A stretch of 64,000 nucleotides of DNA, from positions 1 to 64,000 of the IMG/VR virus record IMGVR_UViG_2788500073_000001; one strand, written 5' to 3'. This document shows, in pieces, positions 1-9,216 of the stretch. Position numbers and translations under genes: made by a program. Position 1 is the first letter of the stretch; every line of letters begins with the position of its first letter. The notes beneath the pieces are model-generated. The model saw only the letters and a list, made by a program, of their open reading frames with translations, had not been told where the DNA came from and searched no databases. The stretch is from a virus. Its lineage: Duplodnaviria; Caudoviricetes.

Positions 1-417
1 TTACCGGAAGGCGATATAGTAGTAGGTCTGGCCGGAGCTGTTGAGGAAGAAGGCTTCGTAGTCGTACTCCCCAGCGCCGCTGCGCACCGAAATCCCCGTA
101 TCGGTGAGGGATGCTCCCATGCTGCATCCTGCCTCCGAGAGGATGGCAAAGCCGATCTGCACCTCGGTGTACAAAGTGGGGTTCATCCGCAGCAGGGGGA
201 CGAAGTCGGTGTAGACCAAGCATATTTTGGGGCGGAACCCCAAGTCCACCGCCCGGGTGATCTTCCCATCCCCCACATAGCTGCCGCACACTGGGGTAAG
301 CTGGTGAAACGCCGCATCCAGCTTGAGGTTGTCAGCGTTGAAGTCGTCCATTTTGGGCTTGTCGGCGCCGGACCAGCTGTTAAGGGAGAGATGGGCGGTT
401 TTTTGGGAACTAGGCAT
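1..417 (-). CDS. short tail fibre / baseplate-distal protein
   Basis: Last gene of the virion operon in the window. N-terminal 'L..W...D...MDDFNADNLKLDAA' resembles a tail-fibre N-terminus; also 'GSYVGDG...LGFRPK'. Stop codon at 1-3. Confidence 0.55.
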   Translation of the reverse strand: MPSSQKTAHLSLNSWSGADKPKMDDFNADNLKLDAAFHQLTPVCGSYVGDGKITRAVDLGFRPKICLVYTDFVPLLRMNPTLYTEVQIGFAILSEAGCSMGASLTDTGISVRSGAGEYDYEAFFLNSSGQTYYYIAFR

Positions 418-1012
418 GCTGTCCCTCCTTTCCAAGTTTGTGGCCGTTGATATCAAACCATTGCCAACTGAAATCGGCCGAATCCCAGTCGATGAAGGAG
501 AGGCTGAACCCGTCGAACATCTCCCAAGTCAGAATGCCCACATCAAACTCCGCCGGGAGATGGGCAGGTAGCAGGGCCTGGATCTGCTTTTTCAGCTGCT
601 CCCAGTTTTCATACTCCAGAAGGGTGTCCACAAAGGAGATCGAAAGAGGTCCCTGTGGCGGGTTCTCGGTGATTCTCACCTTGACCCCGGCCCCGCTGAC
701 TGACTGTTCCAGCCGGGGGAGGGTGAAGTCCCCGGGCCGGATGGCCAAGCGGGCCAGCACCGTCTCCCGGCGGCTTTCCAGGGGGACTTCCAGCTGGGTG
801 GGCAACCCCAGGAGGGACTCCCACCGGCTCAGCGCTTCCCCGGAACAGCTGATGACAAAGCTGTCCTCCGCCACCCGGCGCAAGACCTCTTCCACCAAGG
901 CGAACCCCACCCCGTAGGCTTCCAGTTCCCGGCTGACAAAACTGTCGGGGGAGAGGTCATAAAGACCCATGGGGAGGAGCATCTCCCGCAGGGCCATAGC
1001 CGCCGCCCTCAT
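410..1012 (-). CDS. baseplate wedge protein, YmfQ/DUF2313 (XkdU-like)
   Basis: 'LSRWESLLGL...LESRRETVLARL' and 'LPAHL' motifs; directly follows baseplate J. Confidence 0.75.
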   Translation of the reverse strand: MRAAAMALREMLLPMGLYDLSPDSFVSRELEAYGVGFALVEEVLRRVAEDSFVISCSGEALSRWESLLGLPTQLEVPLESRRETVLARLAIRPGDFTLPRLEQSVSGAGVKVRITENPPQGPLSISFVDTLLEYENWEQLKKQIQALLPAHLPAEFDVGILTWEMFDGFSLSFIDWDSADFSWQWFDINGHKLGKEGQHA

Positions 1013-2070
1013 TGGGCGGCCCCCATTTGGGTCACGGTGATGGCCCCGGGCACCGCCACCTGCCGCGGCTCAATGGAGGTGTCCCCCGTAGGGGTGAGGA
1101 AGCGGCAGTTAGTGACAGAGGGCAGGCTATACACCCTGTGGATCATCCCGGCGAGGAGGGCGCTGCTGCCCACCCCCAGCCCCGTCAGGTATTGAGTGAG
1201 GGCTTCCTCCACCTGGGTTTTAGCCTCTTCCAGTCCGGCAGAGGTTTCAATCTCCACCGAGACAGGGACCGCCACCGCCTGGGCCGGGGTGAGGGTGACG
1301 TCCACGCTGATCTCTTTTTCAGCGGCGAACCGCTCCTTGAGGCGGTCCATCACCTCCCGGGAGGGAGCGGTCCCCCCAGCGGTGACTACCACCTCCACCG
1401 TGCCAGCGCCGGAAGGCCGGGGCAGAACTAGGGCAGAGGTGATCCCCTCTTCTTCCAAGGCAGCCTGGTGGTAGTAGGCGGCGTTGGCTCCGTTGGACAC
1501 CTCCCGGTAACTCTCCAGCAGCCGCCTGCGCAGGGATTCATCGTCCTCCGCGTCCACCCCGCCGGTGAAGGGGTCGGGGTTGCTCACCGAGGCGATACCG
1601 CTGGCCGGGGTGATCAGCACCGAGGCGGCGCCGGATGCCGCATTTCCCCCGCGTCCGGCAAGTTCTGCCTTTGCGGGGATGAGCACGCTTGTCTTCCCCT
1701 GGGGGAGAATCCCGTCCTCGGTGGTTTGGTACCGATAGGAGGGTTCTCCGTCGGTGGAGACAATCAGCCCCGCCGGAAGGGGGATGTCTTGGGGGGCCGG
1801 GGTGGCGCGGACGAACTTCAGCACCCCTTGGGCACAGGTGGCCGCCTTGCGCTGCAAGCCCCGCTGGGCGGCATGGCGGTCCAAAAACTCACCGGAACTG
1901 GTCTCAGGAAAGGCCCGGGCCTCCAGTTCTGCGGCGTAGTTGTACAAAAGCTCCAGCTGGGCGGCCAGTACCGTCATCCGGATGCCCAGGTCGGAGGCGT
2001 CGTCCGCCTCCGCGCCGGTCAATTCCCGGAAGCGGTCGGTCATGGCCGTCCGAATTTCCGTTTGGGTCAT
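1009..2070 (-). CDS. baseplate J/gp47 family protein
   Basis: 'GEFLDRHAAQRGLQRKAAT.AQG' and 'GGVDAEDDESLRRR' are baseplate J signatures. Confidence 0.9.
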   Translation of the reverse strand: MTQTEIRTAMTDRFRELTGAEADDASDLGIRMTVLAAQLELLYNYAAELEARAFPETSSGEFLDRHAAQRGLQRKAATCAQGVLKFVRATPAPQDIPLPAGLIVSTDGEPSYRYQTTEDGILPQGKTSVLIPAKAELAGRGGNAASGAASVLITPASGIASVSNPDPFTGGVDAEDDESLRRRLLESYREVSNGANAAYYHQAALEEEGITSALVLPRPSGAGTVEVVVTAGGTAPSREVMDRLKERFAAEKEISVDVTLTPAQAVAVPVSVEIETSAGLEEAKTQVEEALTQYLTGLGVGSSALLAGMIHRVYSLPSVTNCRFLTPTGDTSIEPRQVAVPGAITVTQMGAAQ

Positions 2071-2071
2071 G

Positions 2072-2422
2072 TTATAAATTCACCTCCAACAGGGTGGATG
2101 CCTCGCCCAAAGCCAGCTCCAGGGAAAGTTCGATCCGATCTTCTTCCGGGTCATAGCGGCAGGTGATCTCTCCCGCTTTTGCCCCGGCCATAGGGGCGAG
2201 GGCATCCATTACATACCCCTGGGCTGCTCGGTTCATCTGGGCGGCGGGACCCCTCTTGAGACGGTACAGTTCACTGCCCAGCTTAGGGTTGGGGGCAAAG
2301 CCCCCTTTGCGGCAGATGAGTCGAATCATCGCCCGCTGAGCTAGTTCCGCCTTCCCATCCACCGTCTGGGGCAGCCCCCGGCTGTCCAAGAGAAAATCCC
2401 CGTTGTGCAAAAGTGTGTCCAT
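2072..2422 (-). CDS. gp25-like / sheath-initiator baseplate protein
   Basis: ATG at 2422 with GGAGG RBS; 'ELAQRAMIRL...G.F...P.LGSEL' motif; lies just before baseplate J. Confidence 0.65.
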   Translation of the reverse strand: MDTLLHNGDFLLDSRGLPQTVDGKAELAQRAMIRLICRKGGFAPNPKLGSELYRLKRGPAAQMNRAAQGYVMDALAPMAGAKAGEITCRYDPEEDRIELSLELALGEASTLLEVNL

Positions 2423-2763
2423 TAGGTATCCTCCTTTTGAGGGGGGACCACTGTCCCGTCGGGTTGGATGGCCAGCCCATTGATTACCACATCCCCGGTG
2501 TTTTTCAGGTGGATATAGGCCCCGCCGCCGCTTTCCAGGATGAGCTCCCCCGGATTCAGCCCTTGGGTGGAAGCTGCGGTGCCCAGCAGGGCGTAGCCGC
2601 CCCCAAAGGGGATGAGGAAGCCCTGTTCCCCCTCCTTGGGGAAGCAGCGTAGGCCGCTGGGGCAAAAGAGGGGGAGGGTGTCGCAGCAGTCGGCAGCTGC
2701 GGTGATCTTACCTTCCGCCGAGGCGGAGATCCTCCCGGTGCAGGGGTCCAATTGGTTTGTCAT
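2422..2763 (-). CDS. putative baseplate spike (gp45/V-like), very short
   Basis: 'P.G....P..GEQG' OB-like start and 'GAYIHLKNTGDVVING' beta repeats; synteny. Confidence 0.55.
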   Translation of the reverse strand: MTNQLDPCTGRISASAEGKITAAADCCDTLPLFCPSGLRCFPKEGEQGFLIPFGGGYALLGTAASTQGLNPGELILESGGGAYIHLKNTGDVVINGLAIQPDGTVVPPQKEDT

Positions 2764-2768
2764 GGTTG

Positions 2769-3710
2769 TCATTCCTTTCGTAGATACAGCCGGGTAAAGG
2801 CCCCGCTGGCGGAGAATTCCCACCGGATCTCCACCGGGTAATATCCCATCTCCGAGCCAATGGAGTCGATGAGGTCGAACCGGTCGGCCAGGGAGAGGGG
2901 AAGAAGGTCGGGCAGCAGCGCCTCCGCCTGCCGGTAACGGTTCCAGGCGTCCATGAGCAGGCGGTCCGCCCCGGCCTGGGGGTTGTGCTGGTATTCATCG
3001 GGGGGGATCCAGTACCGTTTGCGCCGCACCCCGATCTCCTGGGCTTTTTCGCTGGAGACCGCGGAGGAGTAGTAGCCCTCCTCCCCCCGGATGCAAATTT
3101 TGGAGAGGACCCGGCTGCGCTCCCGCCGGAAGGTCAGCTTTTGGTAGGCTAAGCCCCCCTCCCCAATGGTGTACCGCCGCCCCCCGCTGGGCCGCTGGGG
3201 TTCAATGACTCCCTGGGGGGTCAGGTAGGGCCGCACCCCTAGAGCTCCCTCGCAAAACCCGCAGAAGGCCTCCCACTCGCTGGCCCCCTTGGACACCCGG
3301 TAAGAGGGGAGCCGCAGCTCCCCAAACCCGGCGATCGGGAAGCCGTAAGGGGCAATATACCGCTGGTAGACATCCTGGAGCCGGGGGGAGTCAAACCGCT
3401 GGGGAAGGGCTTGGTTGTCCAGCAGCAGCGCCCCGTCCGACCGGGCAAAGAGGGAGAGCAGTTCCCCCTTTGGGGAAGAGACCCGCTCCTCCTCATCCAC
3501 CTCCCCGATGAAGAGGATATCCCCTGGCAGCTGGGCTTTCACTTTACAAAGGGGCGGCAGGTCCTGGGGTAGGGGAAGGGTCAGCTCCAGCCCGTCCGCC
3601 GGGGAGTCCACCGCCCGGCTCAGTTGGAGGGAGACCGGCTGGGGCAGCGGGCAGGCCGTCCCGGTCTGGCTGTACCCGGTCAGCTGGATCAAATTGCTCA
3701 TTGTGGCCAC
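2769..3710 (-). CDS. baseplate hub / tail protein (XkdQ/Mu gpP-like)
   Basis: 313 aa; 'LSRAVDSPADGLELTL', 'LFIGEVDE'; located before the spike gene. Confidence 0.6.
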   Translation of the reverse strand: MATMSNLIQLTGYSQTGTACPLPQPVSLQLSRAVDSPADGLELTLPLPQDLPPLCKVKAQLPGDILFIGEVDEEERVSSPKGELLSLFARSDGALLLDNQALPQRFDSPRLQDVYQRYIAPYGFPIAGFGELRLPSYRVSKGASEWEAFCGFCEGALGVRPYLTPQGVIEPQRPSGGRRYTIGEGGLAYQKLTFRRERSRVLSKICIRGEEGYYSSAVSSEKAQEIGVRRKRYWIPPDEYQHNPQAGADRLLMDAWNRYRQAEALLPDLLPLSLADRFDLIDSIGSEMGYYPVEIRWEFSASGAFTRLYLRKE

Positions 3711-3717
3711 CGTCCTT

Positions 3718-4080
3718 TCACTGCCCTGCCTCCTCCAAAAACACCGCCGTGTAGGCGATGACCCGCCCGTCCCCGTCGGCGGTGTAGGTCAGCCGTTCAA
3801 AAAGGGCAAACAGCGCCTCGCCGGTGGGGAGGAATAAAGTCTTGACCTCCCCGCTTCCCGCCGCTTGTGCCAGGGAAGCAAGGGCTTTCCCTGTTTTCTG
3901 TGGGCTGTCGGAAAACAGTTCCCCTTTGCAGGTGATCCGCCGGCATTGGGGCCCCAGGGGCTGGATGCGTCCCCCCAGCCGGGGAAGGAATAGTTCTGCC
4001 GCCTTCTGGGCAGTCTCCACCTGGATGGTGTGGGGGTTGTGGGGGAAGAGGTAGTCCCCGAATTGCATGCGATCCATCAA
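3718..4080 (-). CDS. tail-tube initiator / DNA circularisation N-domain-like protein
   Basis: 'FPHNP..I', 'IQPLGPQCRRITCKGE' and 'LFLP' motifs; synteny. Confidence 0.5.
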   Translation of the reverse strand: MMDRMQFGDYLFPHNPHTIQVETAQKAAELFLPRLGGRIQPLGPQCRRITCKGELFSDSPQKTGKALASLAQAAGSGEVKTLFLPTGEALFALFERLTYTADGDGRVIAYTAVFLEEAGQ

Positions 4081-4358
4081 AAATCCCTCCCAAAGGGGAA
4101 GCGCAGGGCTTCCCGTTCTTGCAGTTTGGCCATCCGGTGAAGGAGGTTGTCCTCATCCTCCCAAAGGGGGGAGGCAGGGAAGGCCTCCATCTCCGCCGGT
4201 TTCCAATCGGCAACGGGTTCCCCCTCTTGGGGGAGGTTGGGCATCTGTGCCACCGCGGGGGGATCTGGCATCACCGCCGCCGGAAGGTTCTCCCGGTGGG
4301 GCGGGGTCAGCCCGGCGGCCTCTTTGTTTCGGGCGAGGGCCCGTTCCAATCCAGTCAT
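4077..4358 (-). CDS. 93-aa protein in the tape-measure gene position
   Basis: Translationally coupled ORF between the chaperone and the tube initiator. Confidence 0.45.
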   Translation of the reverse strand: MTGLERALARNKEAAGLTPPHRENLPAAVMPDPPAVAQMPNLPQEGEPVADWKPAEMEAFPASPLWEDEDNLLHRMAKLQEREALRFPFGRDF

Positions 4359-4654
4359 CTTCCCACCTCCCTGTCAAAGGATTCGTTGACGCCCCACTCC
4401 CCGCCCTCCCGCAGGAGCTGGGCATACTGGGCCAGCTCCTCCAGGGAGAAACGCTCCAGCACCTGGGCGGGGTGGGTCAGCTGAGGCTCTCCCCGCCGCA
4501 GGGAGAGGAAGACCGCCGCGCAGTTGTAAGCCACAGCCAGGGCGCCTAGGTCGTCGTCCATCTGGGCGAATAGCTGGGGGAGCACCTGGGCGGCCACCCG
4601 GCGCAATTTGAGGGCGTCGCCGGCGGTCAGGGGGGCGAAGCTGGGCCCGCTCAT
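4355..4654 (-). CDS. tail assembly chaperone
   Basis: ATG overlaps the tube stop codon (ATGA); ~99 aa, helical. Confidence 0.5.
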   Translation of the reverse strand: MSGPSFAPLTAGDALKLRRVAAQVLPQLFAQMDDDLGALAVAYNCAAVFLSLRRGEPQLTHPAQVLERFSLEELAQYAQLLREGGEWGVNESFDREVGR

Positions 4655-5034
4655 CGCAGCTCCATCCGCTTGGCAGCGGCGACGGTGACTGATTCCACCA
4701 TCACATCCCCCAAGGCGGCCGTCTCGGTGATGCCGGCCCACTCGCAGCCGGAGTAGATGATTTTCCGGTCGGGTTTGACCACTACCACGTTGAAGCCGGA
4801 GAGGTCGAAGAAGCCGATGCCATCGTCCAACCCGCCGGTCAGGCACACCCGGGAGAGCTCCAGAATGTGTTTTACCCGCCCCCCTACCGTGCCCACCGGT
4901 TCGCTGGAACCAAAGGCTTCAATGGTGCGGCTTTCCCGGGTGGACCGGGCCTTATAGCTCTGGACTACGGCCAGCTTTTTGCCGTTGATTTCAATGTAAA
5001 TATCCTTGCTTGTCGGCAGAGAACCAATTGCCAT
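4651..5034 (-). CDS. tail tube protein
   Basis: 127 aa, beta-rich, immediately after the sheath gene; GGAGG RBS. Confidence 0.7.
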   Translation of the reverse strand: MAIGSLPTSKDIYIEINGKKLAVVQSYKARSTRESRTIEAFGSSEPVGTVGGRVKHILELSRVCLTGGLDDGIGFFDLSGFNVVVVKPDRKIIYSGCEWAGITETAALGDVMVESVTVAAAKRMELR

Positions 5035-5047
5035 ACCTGTGCCTCCT

Positions 5048-6079
5048 TTACACCTGGATGCTGGCGGAGATCAAAATCTGGTTGGCGGCGTGGGCCACGG
5101 CAAAGGCCAGCTCTACCACCAGTACCGCCGGGTCGTCCGGGTGGACATACACCCGGGGCGGCTCATAGCTTTCGATAATCTCCCCATCCAGCAGCTGACC
5201 CAGTTCCACTGTCACCTGGGAGGCGATGCTCTCCCGGGTCTGGGTGGTGTTTTTCATCCCGGTGAGCCGGGATTTGAGGGCGCCCCGCACCGTTTCCATC
5301 ACGTGGTCAATAATCAGTATGGTGTTGACCGGCAGGAAGCTCAAATCCGTCTTGCCGCCGGTCTTGGTGCGGGTGGTCACCGCCCGGATGATCTCCACCC
5401 CGCCCGGCTGGGTCTCCAAGGGGGTGACCCCAGCGCCCAGCAGGGTTTCCACCTCATCCTGTCCCAGTTCCCGGGAGAGGCCCTCCGGCAGCGGGATTTC
5501 CCGTCCGGAGAACCCGGTGGAGGGGTCGCTTTCACAGAGGATTTCCCCGGCCACTGCCGCCGCGCCCAAAGGAGGGCATGCCGCACCGCCCAGGGAGGGG
5601 GCAGGGCAGACGAGGACCATCCTCTCGCTGTTCAGGGCGGAGGCCAGGGAAGAGGCGGCGGCGCTGTCGTCCACCCCGCAGAAACCCAACCGCTCCCGGC
5701 TTCCTTCGCTGGCCCGCTGGCAGCTCTCCTGCAAGGCGTCGAGGATGTCCTCCTCGGCCTTATCGCAGAGGATGCAGCCCACCTCGGCCACCGGCTCCAA
5801 GGCGGCAAAGGCGGCGGCGTACCCCTCCGCTGTATCGGTAGCTGCCGGGGAGAGGTAGACCGCGGCCACCCCCCGCCCAAACAGGAGGGAACAGGCGGCT
5901 AATGCCCAGCCTTCCAGCAGGGCGGCGGCCTCGCTGTAGCGGGAAAGGCGGGTCACCCCCTCCACCTCGGGAAAAACGCCTACCAGGGCAGCAGCCCGTT
6001 CGCTGACCGGCCGGGCGTACAGGCTGGTCACCGCATATTGGGAGTACACCCCCGGCCGTTTGGTAGCAATGGGGTTCAT
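5048..6079 (-). CDS. contractile tail sheath protein (minimal, 343 aa)
   Basis: N-terminal 'RPGVYS'; 'LLGAGVTPLE...IIRAVTT'; sheath C-terminal domain. Confidence 0.85.
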   Translation of the reverse strand: MNPIATKRPGVYSQYAVTSLYARPVSERAAALVGVFPEVEGVTRLSRYSEAAALLEGWALAACSLLFGRGVAAVYLSPAATDTAEGYAAAFAALEPVAEVGCILCDKAEEDILDALQESCQRASEGSRERLGFCGVDDSAAASSLASALNSERMVLVCPAPSLGGAACPPLGAAAVAGEILCESDPSTGFSGREIPLPEGLSRELGQDEVETLLGAGVTPLETQPGGVEIIRAVTTRTKTGGKTDLSFLPVNTILIIDHVMETVRGALKSRLTGMKNTTQTRESIASQVTVELGQLLDGEIIESYEPPRVYVHPDDPAVLVVELAFAVAHAANQILISASIQV

Positions 6080-6564
6080 TCCATCACCCTCCTCAGTTCA
6101 ATTTCATCAATGGCGAGGGAGGTCTCCCCGGCGCTGATCAAGGCGTTCATCCGCCCCTTGGCGCACAAGAGGAAGCCCCCGATGTTTTTGTCGTAAGCTA
6201 CAGGGCCACAGGTCAGCTCCTCCACCCCCAGGCTGTTGCGACGAAGGAGCAGAGCGTCGAGCAGCTCCTCGAACAGCCCTTGGCAGGCCCCACCCCCCAG
6301 GCGGACCGGGCAGGCCAGATCAAACCGCAGGGTGATTTGTACATACCGCCCCCGCAGGGTCTGGCTGCTGTCCTCCCCCAGATAGTCGTCCAGCCCTGCA
6401 TCTTGAACTGCCATAGCGTCAAACCCCACGGCAATCCGGCTTTTTAGGAGGGGAGAGGGCTTGGGCGATGGAGGAAATTCCCCCATCACCGCCACCCCTT
6501 GGCCGGAAAAATGGTCGGAGAGGTAGTCCACCAGCTGTTGTTTCAGCTCCTTCAAATCAGTCAT
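6076..6564 (-). CDS. tail terminator / neck protein
   Basis: Size and position before the sheath gene. Confidence 0.5.
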   Translation of the reverse strand: MTDLKELKQQLVDYLSDHFSGQGVAVMGEFPPSPKPSPLLKSRIAVGFDAMAVQDAGLDDYLGEDSSQTLRGRYVQITLRFDLACPVRLGGGACQGLFEELLDALLLRRNSLGVEELTCGPVAYDKNIGGFLLCAKGRMNALISAGETSLAIDEIELRRVME

Positions 6565-6889
6565 CCTGCTCCTCCTCCCGCGCCCGCTGGAGAACCGCCC
6601 ACCGGTAGAGGGCCTTGCCTTTGCCGTAAAAGTTCTCCGCCTGCTTCACAAAATAATGTTCCTCCCCAAAGCGGATAAAGTCCCCCTGCTGGGGGTAGGG
6701 GAGGGCTGGCCCATAGTAGAGGGCATGGCCTTTTTCCAGCTGCCCCAAGGCGGAGTAATCCGCCTCCAAATACAGCTTGCTCCGGTCGTGGATGGGCTGC
6801 ACCACCGCCTTTACCCGGTGCACCTCCCCTTGGTGTTCGATGGCCGTCTCCCACCCCAGGCGGGTGAGGATGGCCTCCACACCGGTCAC
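6557..6889 (-). CDS. head-closure protein
   Basis: 110 aa, beta-rich, 'QGDFIRFGEEHYFV'; synteny. Confidence 0.5.
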   Translation of the reverse strand: MTGVEAILTRLGWETAIEHQGEVHRVKAVVQPIHDRSKLYLEADYSALGQLEKGHALYYGPALPYPQQGDFIRFGEEHYFVKQAENFYGKGKALYRWAVLQRAREEEQDD

Positions 6890-7254
6890 GGTTTCACCTC
6901 AAAAAGGACTTTGGGGGAGAAGTCCGCCAGGTCGGCAAGGGAGAGGATGGCGTCGTCCCGGATGGCTCCGGCTGCCCGCAGCAGGCCGTCCCCATCGCAG
7001 GAGACCGAAAGCTCCCCCGCCTTGAGGCTGTGGCACCCCACCGCCGCCTCTAAAAGGGCGTATTTGTAATAGGCGATAGCCGCCGCCCCCTGGGTGAGCC
7101 GTTCCCCCTGCTGGGAGGGGGAAATCCCCTCCCGCAGGTGGGCCAGCAGGTCGTTCCAGGCAGAGGCGCACAGCCCCCGCCACCGTTCTTTTTCCCCCTC
7201 GTCCAAACCGGCGAGGGAGAGGAATGCCGTCAATACGGCGTCAACTTCCGACAT
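6886..7254 (-). CDS. head-tail adaptor/connector
   Basis: ATG at 7254 after the capsid gene; 'SLKAGELSVS' adaptor motif. Confidence 0.55.
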   Translation of the reverse strand: MSEVDAVLTAFLSLAGLDEGEKERWRGLCASAWNDLLAHLREGISPSQQGERLTQGAAAIAYYKYALLEAAVGCHSLKAGELSVSCDGDGLLRAAGAIRDDAILSLADLADFSPKVLFEVKP

Positions 7255-7265
7255 AGGCGCACCCC

Positions 7266-8264
7266 TTATGCAGTCAGGGTCAAGACCTTCACCGCGTCGG
7301 GGAAGATTTTGGCGAAGCCGCAGGTCTCGGTGATGGCCACCCGCTCCAGCTGGCAGTCGATCACCTTGTCGGAGTCCACGGTTACCCCGCCGCAGGAGAC
7401 CATCTCCAAAGCGCAGTTTTTGTCCATGGCGATGACTGTTCCCGCAGGTACCGCGTCGGATTTGATCAGCACCGCGCCAAAAGGGGTGAGGGCCGCGTCC
7501 GGGCCGGTGAAGGCGGCGGCACAGCCGGGCAGGTTGCACTCTGGCAGGGAGAGGATTTTGCCCGCCATGTCGGGGGAAGCCAGCAGCAGGTTCATCTCAT
7601 AGTCCTCAAAGCTTTGCCACAGCTTGAGAAGGTCGCTGTAGGCCAAGGTTCCGGAGGTGGCGCAGACGGTTTTCTCCGCCGCATCATCCCCAGTGCCGAT
7701 GAGGGCGCTCACCGCGTCTTTCAGCTTGCGCCGGGCGATGGAGTTGCCGATCTGCCGCAGGGTGACGGCGAACAGCTCCAGCCGCTGGAAGCGGATTGCC
7801 TCATAGCTGGCCGAGAGCATCCGGCCCCGCTTGTTGAGGGTCACCAGTTTATCCTTGAGGCGGATCTGGGTGGCGGGGATGGCGCCGCCCTCAGCGATGG
7901 CTTTGTCCTCATCCTCGCTGGCGGTGGAGGAGATGGAGCGGTAATCGGGGGTGTTCACCACCGTTTTGGCCGCCAGGATTAGATCCAAGGGGGAGTTTTT
8001 CATCCCCTGCTCCACTGCTCGGGTGAGGTAAGCGGGGAAGAGGAGGGCGGACTGGGGGTCCTGGAAGAATTTTTCCACCCGGTCGCCCAAGGGGCCGCTT
8101 ACTTTGATGTCGAACCGTTTCAGCTGGCGCTCCAGGGCGTCCAGGCCGCAGAGGTCGGTGCCCTCGTACCCGCGGGAGGGATCCAAGGCCTCCAGGCGGT
8201 TAAAAAAGCCCTCGCCTGTGTGGTACATGGATTTTTCCAGAACAACCGATTGATAATTGCCCAT
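7266..8264 (-). CDS. major capsid protein (HK97-fold)
   Basis: 'IAEGGAIP...VTLNKRGRMLSASYEAIR' capsid motif; AGGAGG RBS. Confidence 0.85.
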   Translation of the reverse strand: MGNYQSVVLEKSMYHTGEGFFNRLEALDPSRGYEGTDLCGLDALERQLKRFDIKVSGPLGDRVEKFFQDPQSALLFPAYLTRAVEQGMKNSPLDLILAAKTVVNTPDYRSISSTASEDEDKAIAEGGAIPATQIRLKDKLVTLNKRGRMLSASYEAIRFQRLELFAVTLRQIGNSIARRKLKDAVSALIGTGDDAAEKTVCATSGTLAYSDLLKLWQSFEDYEMNLLLASPDMAGKILSLPECNLPGCAAAFTGPDAALTPFGAVLIKSDAVPAGTVIAMDKNCALEMVSCGGVTVDSDKVIDCQLERVAITETCGFAKIFPDAVKVLTLTA

Positions 8265-8277
8265 AAAAATAGCCTCC

Positions 8278-9216
8278 TTACAGTTTAAAATGGCGGTTGG
8301 ATGTGGCTATGGTTCCCTCCGGGCGATAGAGCTGGGGCACCGGCAGGCCGGTGCCTTTTCCCAGCCCGGCCAGGAAGGATTGAAGTTCCCGGCAGGAGAG
8401 GGAAGCCGCCGCTTTTTGGGCCAGGGTCCCAGTCAGGGCCGGGTGCTGAAGCACCAGTGCCTTCTCCACCTCCCGACGCAGGGAGGAGAGGTACTCCTCC
8501 CCAGCCTGGGCAAGTGGCTCCAGCCGCTCCAGCTGGGTGAGAAGGGCTTTGGCCTCCCCGGATTTTAAAGTGACTTCCCCCAGCGCGAGCTTCTTCTTCA
8601 GCTCCCCAGGGGAGAGGGCGGTGCCGTAGGCTTTGGTTACCCCGGCTTCCCGCTGGGCGGGTACCGCCACAAAGGACCACTCATAGGCGTCGGTGGGCTC
8701 TTCCAGCAGGGTGCAGCACAGCTGGCCGCCGTACCGTTCCCCCGTTTTGTGTCCGCAGGAGCCGGCCGCTGCCCCGCAGATGGAACAGCTTTTTTTGGCC
8801 ACTGTGCAGCCAATGCTCACCTCTTTTTTGATCCCCGCGTCAATCTCCAAAATCAGGTCGGCGTTTTTCTCGCATCGGGGCAGGTAACACAGGGCCCGCA
8901 GCTGGCAGAAGGGTTCCCCGCAGCTGGTTTCCCGGCTGGCGTCCTCCACTACCTGCGTGTAAAAGATCCGGGCGGTCTGCCCCGCACCCTGGGGATTGTG
9001 GTCGAAGATGCCGGTCTTGCCCAGCATCATGGGGGCAAGGGCCTCCAAGGCGGGGCGGGTAAACCGCTCCCCATCCCGGTCCACCTCGTTGTCGCAGAGG
9101 TTGACCGCAAAGACAAACACCTCATCGGGGGAGAGTTTCCGGCGGGAGAAGCGGTTGATGGCGGCGAGTTGTTTCTCCCCGGCCGCCGCTTCGGGGAATG
9201 GGTCGATTCTATTCAT
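8278..9216 (-). CDS. putative prohead protease / scaffold
   Basis: Between portal and capsid; 'DH', 'EVSIGC', 'YEWSFVAVPAQ'; CxxC insert; coiled-coil C-terminus. Confidence 0.65.
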   Translation of the reverse strand: MNRIDPFPEAAAGEKQLAAINRFSRRKLSPDEVFVFAVNLCDNEVDRDGERFTRPALEALAPMMLGKTGIFDHNPQGAGQTARIFYTQVVEDASRETSCGEPFCQLRALCYLPRCEKNADLILEIDAGIKKEVSIGCTVAKKSCSICGAAAGSCGHKTGERYGGQLCCTLLEEPTDAYEWSFVAVPAQREAGVTKAYGTALSPGELKKKLALGEVTLKSGEAKALLTQLERLEPLAQAGEEYLSSLRREVEKALVLQHPALTGTLAQKAAASLSCRELQSFLAGLGKGTGLPVPQLYRPEGTIATSNRHFKL

